This document shows, one piece after another, positions 62,844 to 64,000 of a stretch of 64,000 nucleotides of DNA (the first letter of the stretch is position 1; each line of letters begins with the position of its first letter). Location: assembly GCA_002633005.1 (NCBI GenBank), contig NMRA01000111.1, positions 462,866-526,865 of the forward strand. The letters are read 5' to 3'. The DNA comes from Phoronis australis. Lineage: Eukaryota; Animalia; Phoronida. Both the position numbers and the translations under genes were made by a program. Under the pieces are notes generated by a model that searched no databases, was not told where the DNA came from, and saw nothing but the letters and a program-made list of their open reading frames with translations.

Positions 62844-63770
62844 AAATTCTTCATACTTCAAAATTGTTGTTTGCAGGTGCTGATAATTGCCTTCAATAGT
62901 TTTCATAATAAGAGACTAGAAATCCGAGTTATCACACACGCCAACTGGCCTGCTGCTGCCTTCCATTTTCACTGCATGACAGCGTTTTCGCGTTCAGTGA
63001 CTGAAGCAGTCACTGAATGGGACCATTGGTGACATTTAAGTGACCACCTTTTTCGCTCACGCAGAGAGGGCCCAATGTTGGAATTCAGTGATTACCTCTA
63101 TTTTCCTGTGAAATCGCACAACCGGTTTCCATATTGAGGAATGTCATTTCTTGCTGGGTCACACGACGTGTAAAAGAATCAACTGTCACTCTTTCCCAAG
63201 CTTAATGATTTTTAGTCTATCATACCACTTTAGACGGGATCCTCTCCCGATGGGGCGCTTCGGGAGAATTGACCTTTTCGTCAATGGGCAGGGCACCATA
63301 GGGCGCTGGGGGGAGGGCTATAGCCCCACTTTTTCAGTGCTACGCTGCATATGGTCTATAGGCGGTGCACTACGGGGGGACTGAGGGGGTTTTAGCCCCC
63401 ACTTTTTTCAGTGCTGTGCCCTGTGCCTCTNAAATTCTTCATACTTCAAAATTGTTGTTTGCAGGTGCTGATAATTGCCTTCAATAGTTTTCATAATAAG
63501 AGACTAGAAATCCGAGTTATCACACACGCCAACTGGCCTGCTGCTGCCTTCCATTTTCACTGCATGACAGCGTTTTCGCGTTCAGTGATCCTCTCCCGAT
63601 GGGGCGCTTCGGGAGAATTGACCTTTTCGTCAATGGGCAGGGCACCATAGGGCGCTGGGGGGAGGGCTATAGCCCCACTTTTTCAGTGCTACGCTGCATA
63701 TGGTCTATAGGCGGTGCACTACGGGGGGACTGAGGGTGTTTTAGCCCCCACTTTTTTCAGTGCTGCGCCC
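62844..63770. repeat. Local duplication across the N at 63431
   Basis: 62844-63000 recurs at 63432-63588 and about 63238-63420 recurs at about 63587-63770, nearly identical. Confidence 0.8.
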
Positions 63771-64000
63771 GGTATACACCTCCGACATGTCTCTGCCAAC
63801 TACTCACGAGGGGAAGTTGAGATTCCAAATTCATCAAAAACACAAAACATTAGTGCACAACACAGAAGCTACCTTGTAAGAGATGACGATGCGTTACTAA
63901 ACTTAGTTGAAGGCTGACTTGGGGAAAATTCTACCAATCATCAGACCACCATGTCGCAATGAAGTACACTAACGATGACAGTGATAAGTTCATGAATGTC

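Noticed and set aside
62844-63770. Tandem duplication as a biological event
   Set aside because: Starts exactly at the N at 63431 and is nearly identical; probably contig or haplotype overlap

Overview
Repeat-rich, intron-rich animal (invertebrate-like) genomic DNA; not prokaryotic, no CRISPR. Most six-frame ORFs are spurious. The real coding signal is short spliced exons on the minus strand, apparently from three tandem secreted-protein genes. Gene A (3' part, 52402->28208) has ShK-Thr linker-ShK-ShK-ShK-MAM-stop, mostly in phase 1-1 exons; ShK3 is frameshifted and ShK4 lacks its AG acceptor and a Cys. Gene C (about 18763->13564) is a decayed ShK gene with two duplicated 30-nt micro-exons. 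Gene B (about 10636->1098, running off the left edge) is an astacin-family pro-region with the FEGDI motif. Introns hold nested transposon remnants: ISL2EU-like inside P-like, a Penelope GIY-YIG end, two minimal hammerhead-ribozyme motifs, an LTR remnant, a DIRS/Ngaro tyrosine recombinase, a LINE 3' end, two direct Kolobok-like copies around a P-like transposase fragment, a CAC...GTG element with 5-bp TSD carrying convergent PHD and C2H2 remnants, and a family of 5-bp-TSD MITEs. Top lead: an inverted pair of near-identical MITE copies brackets exactly the two dead ShK exons of gene A, suggesting RNA-fold-driven exon skipping. All calls are by eye, with no database searches; single N bases at 14603, 47965 and 63431 may mark assembly joins.
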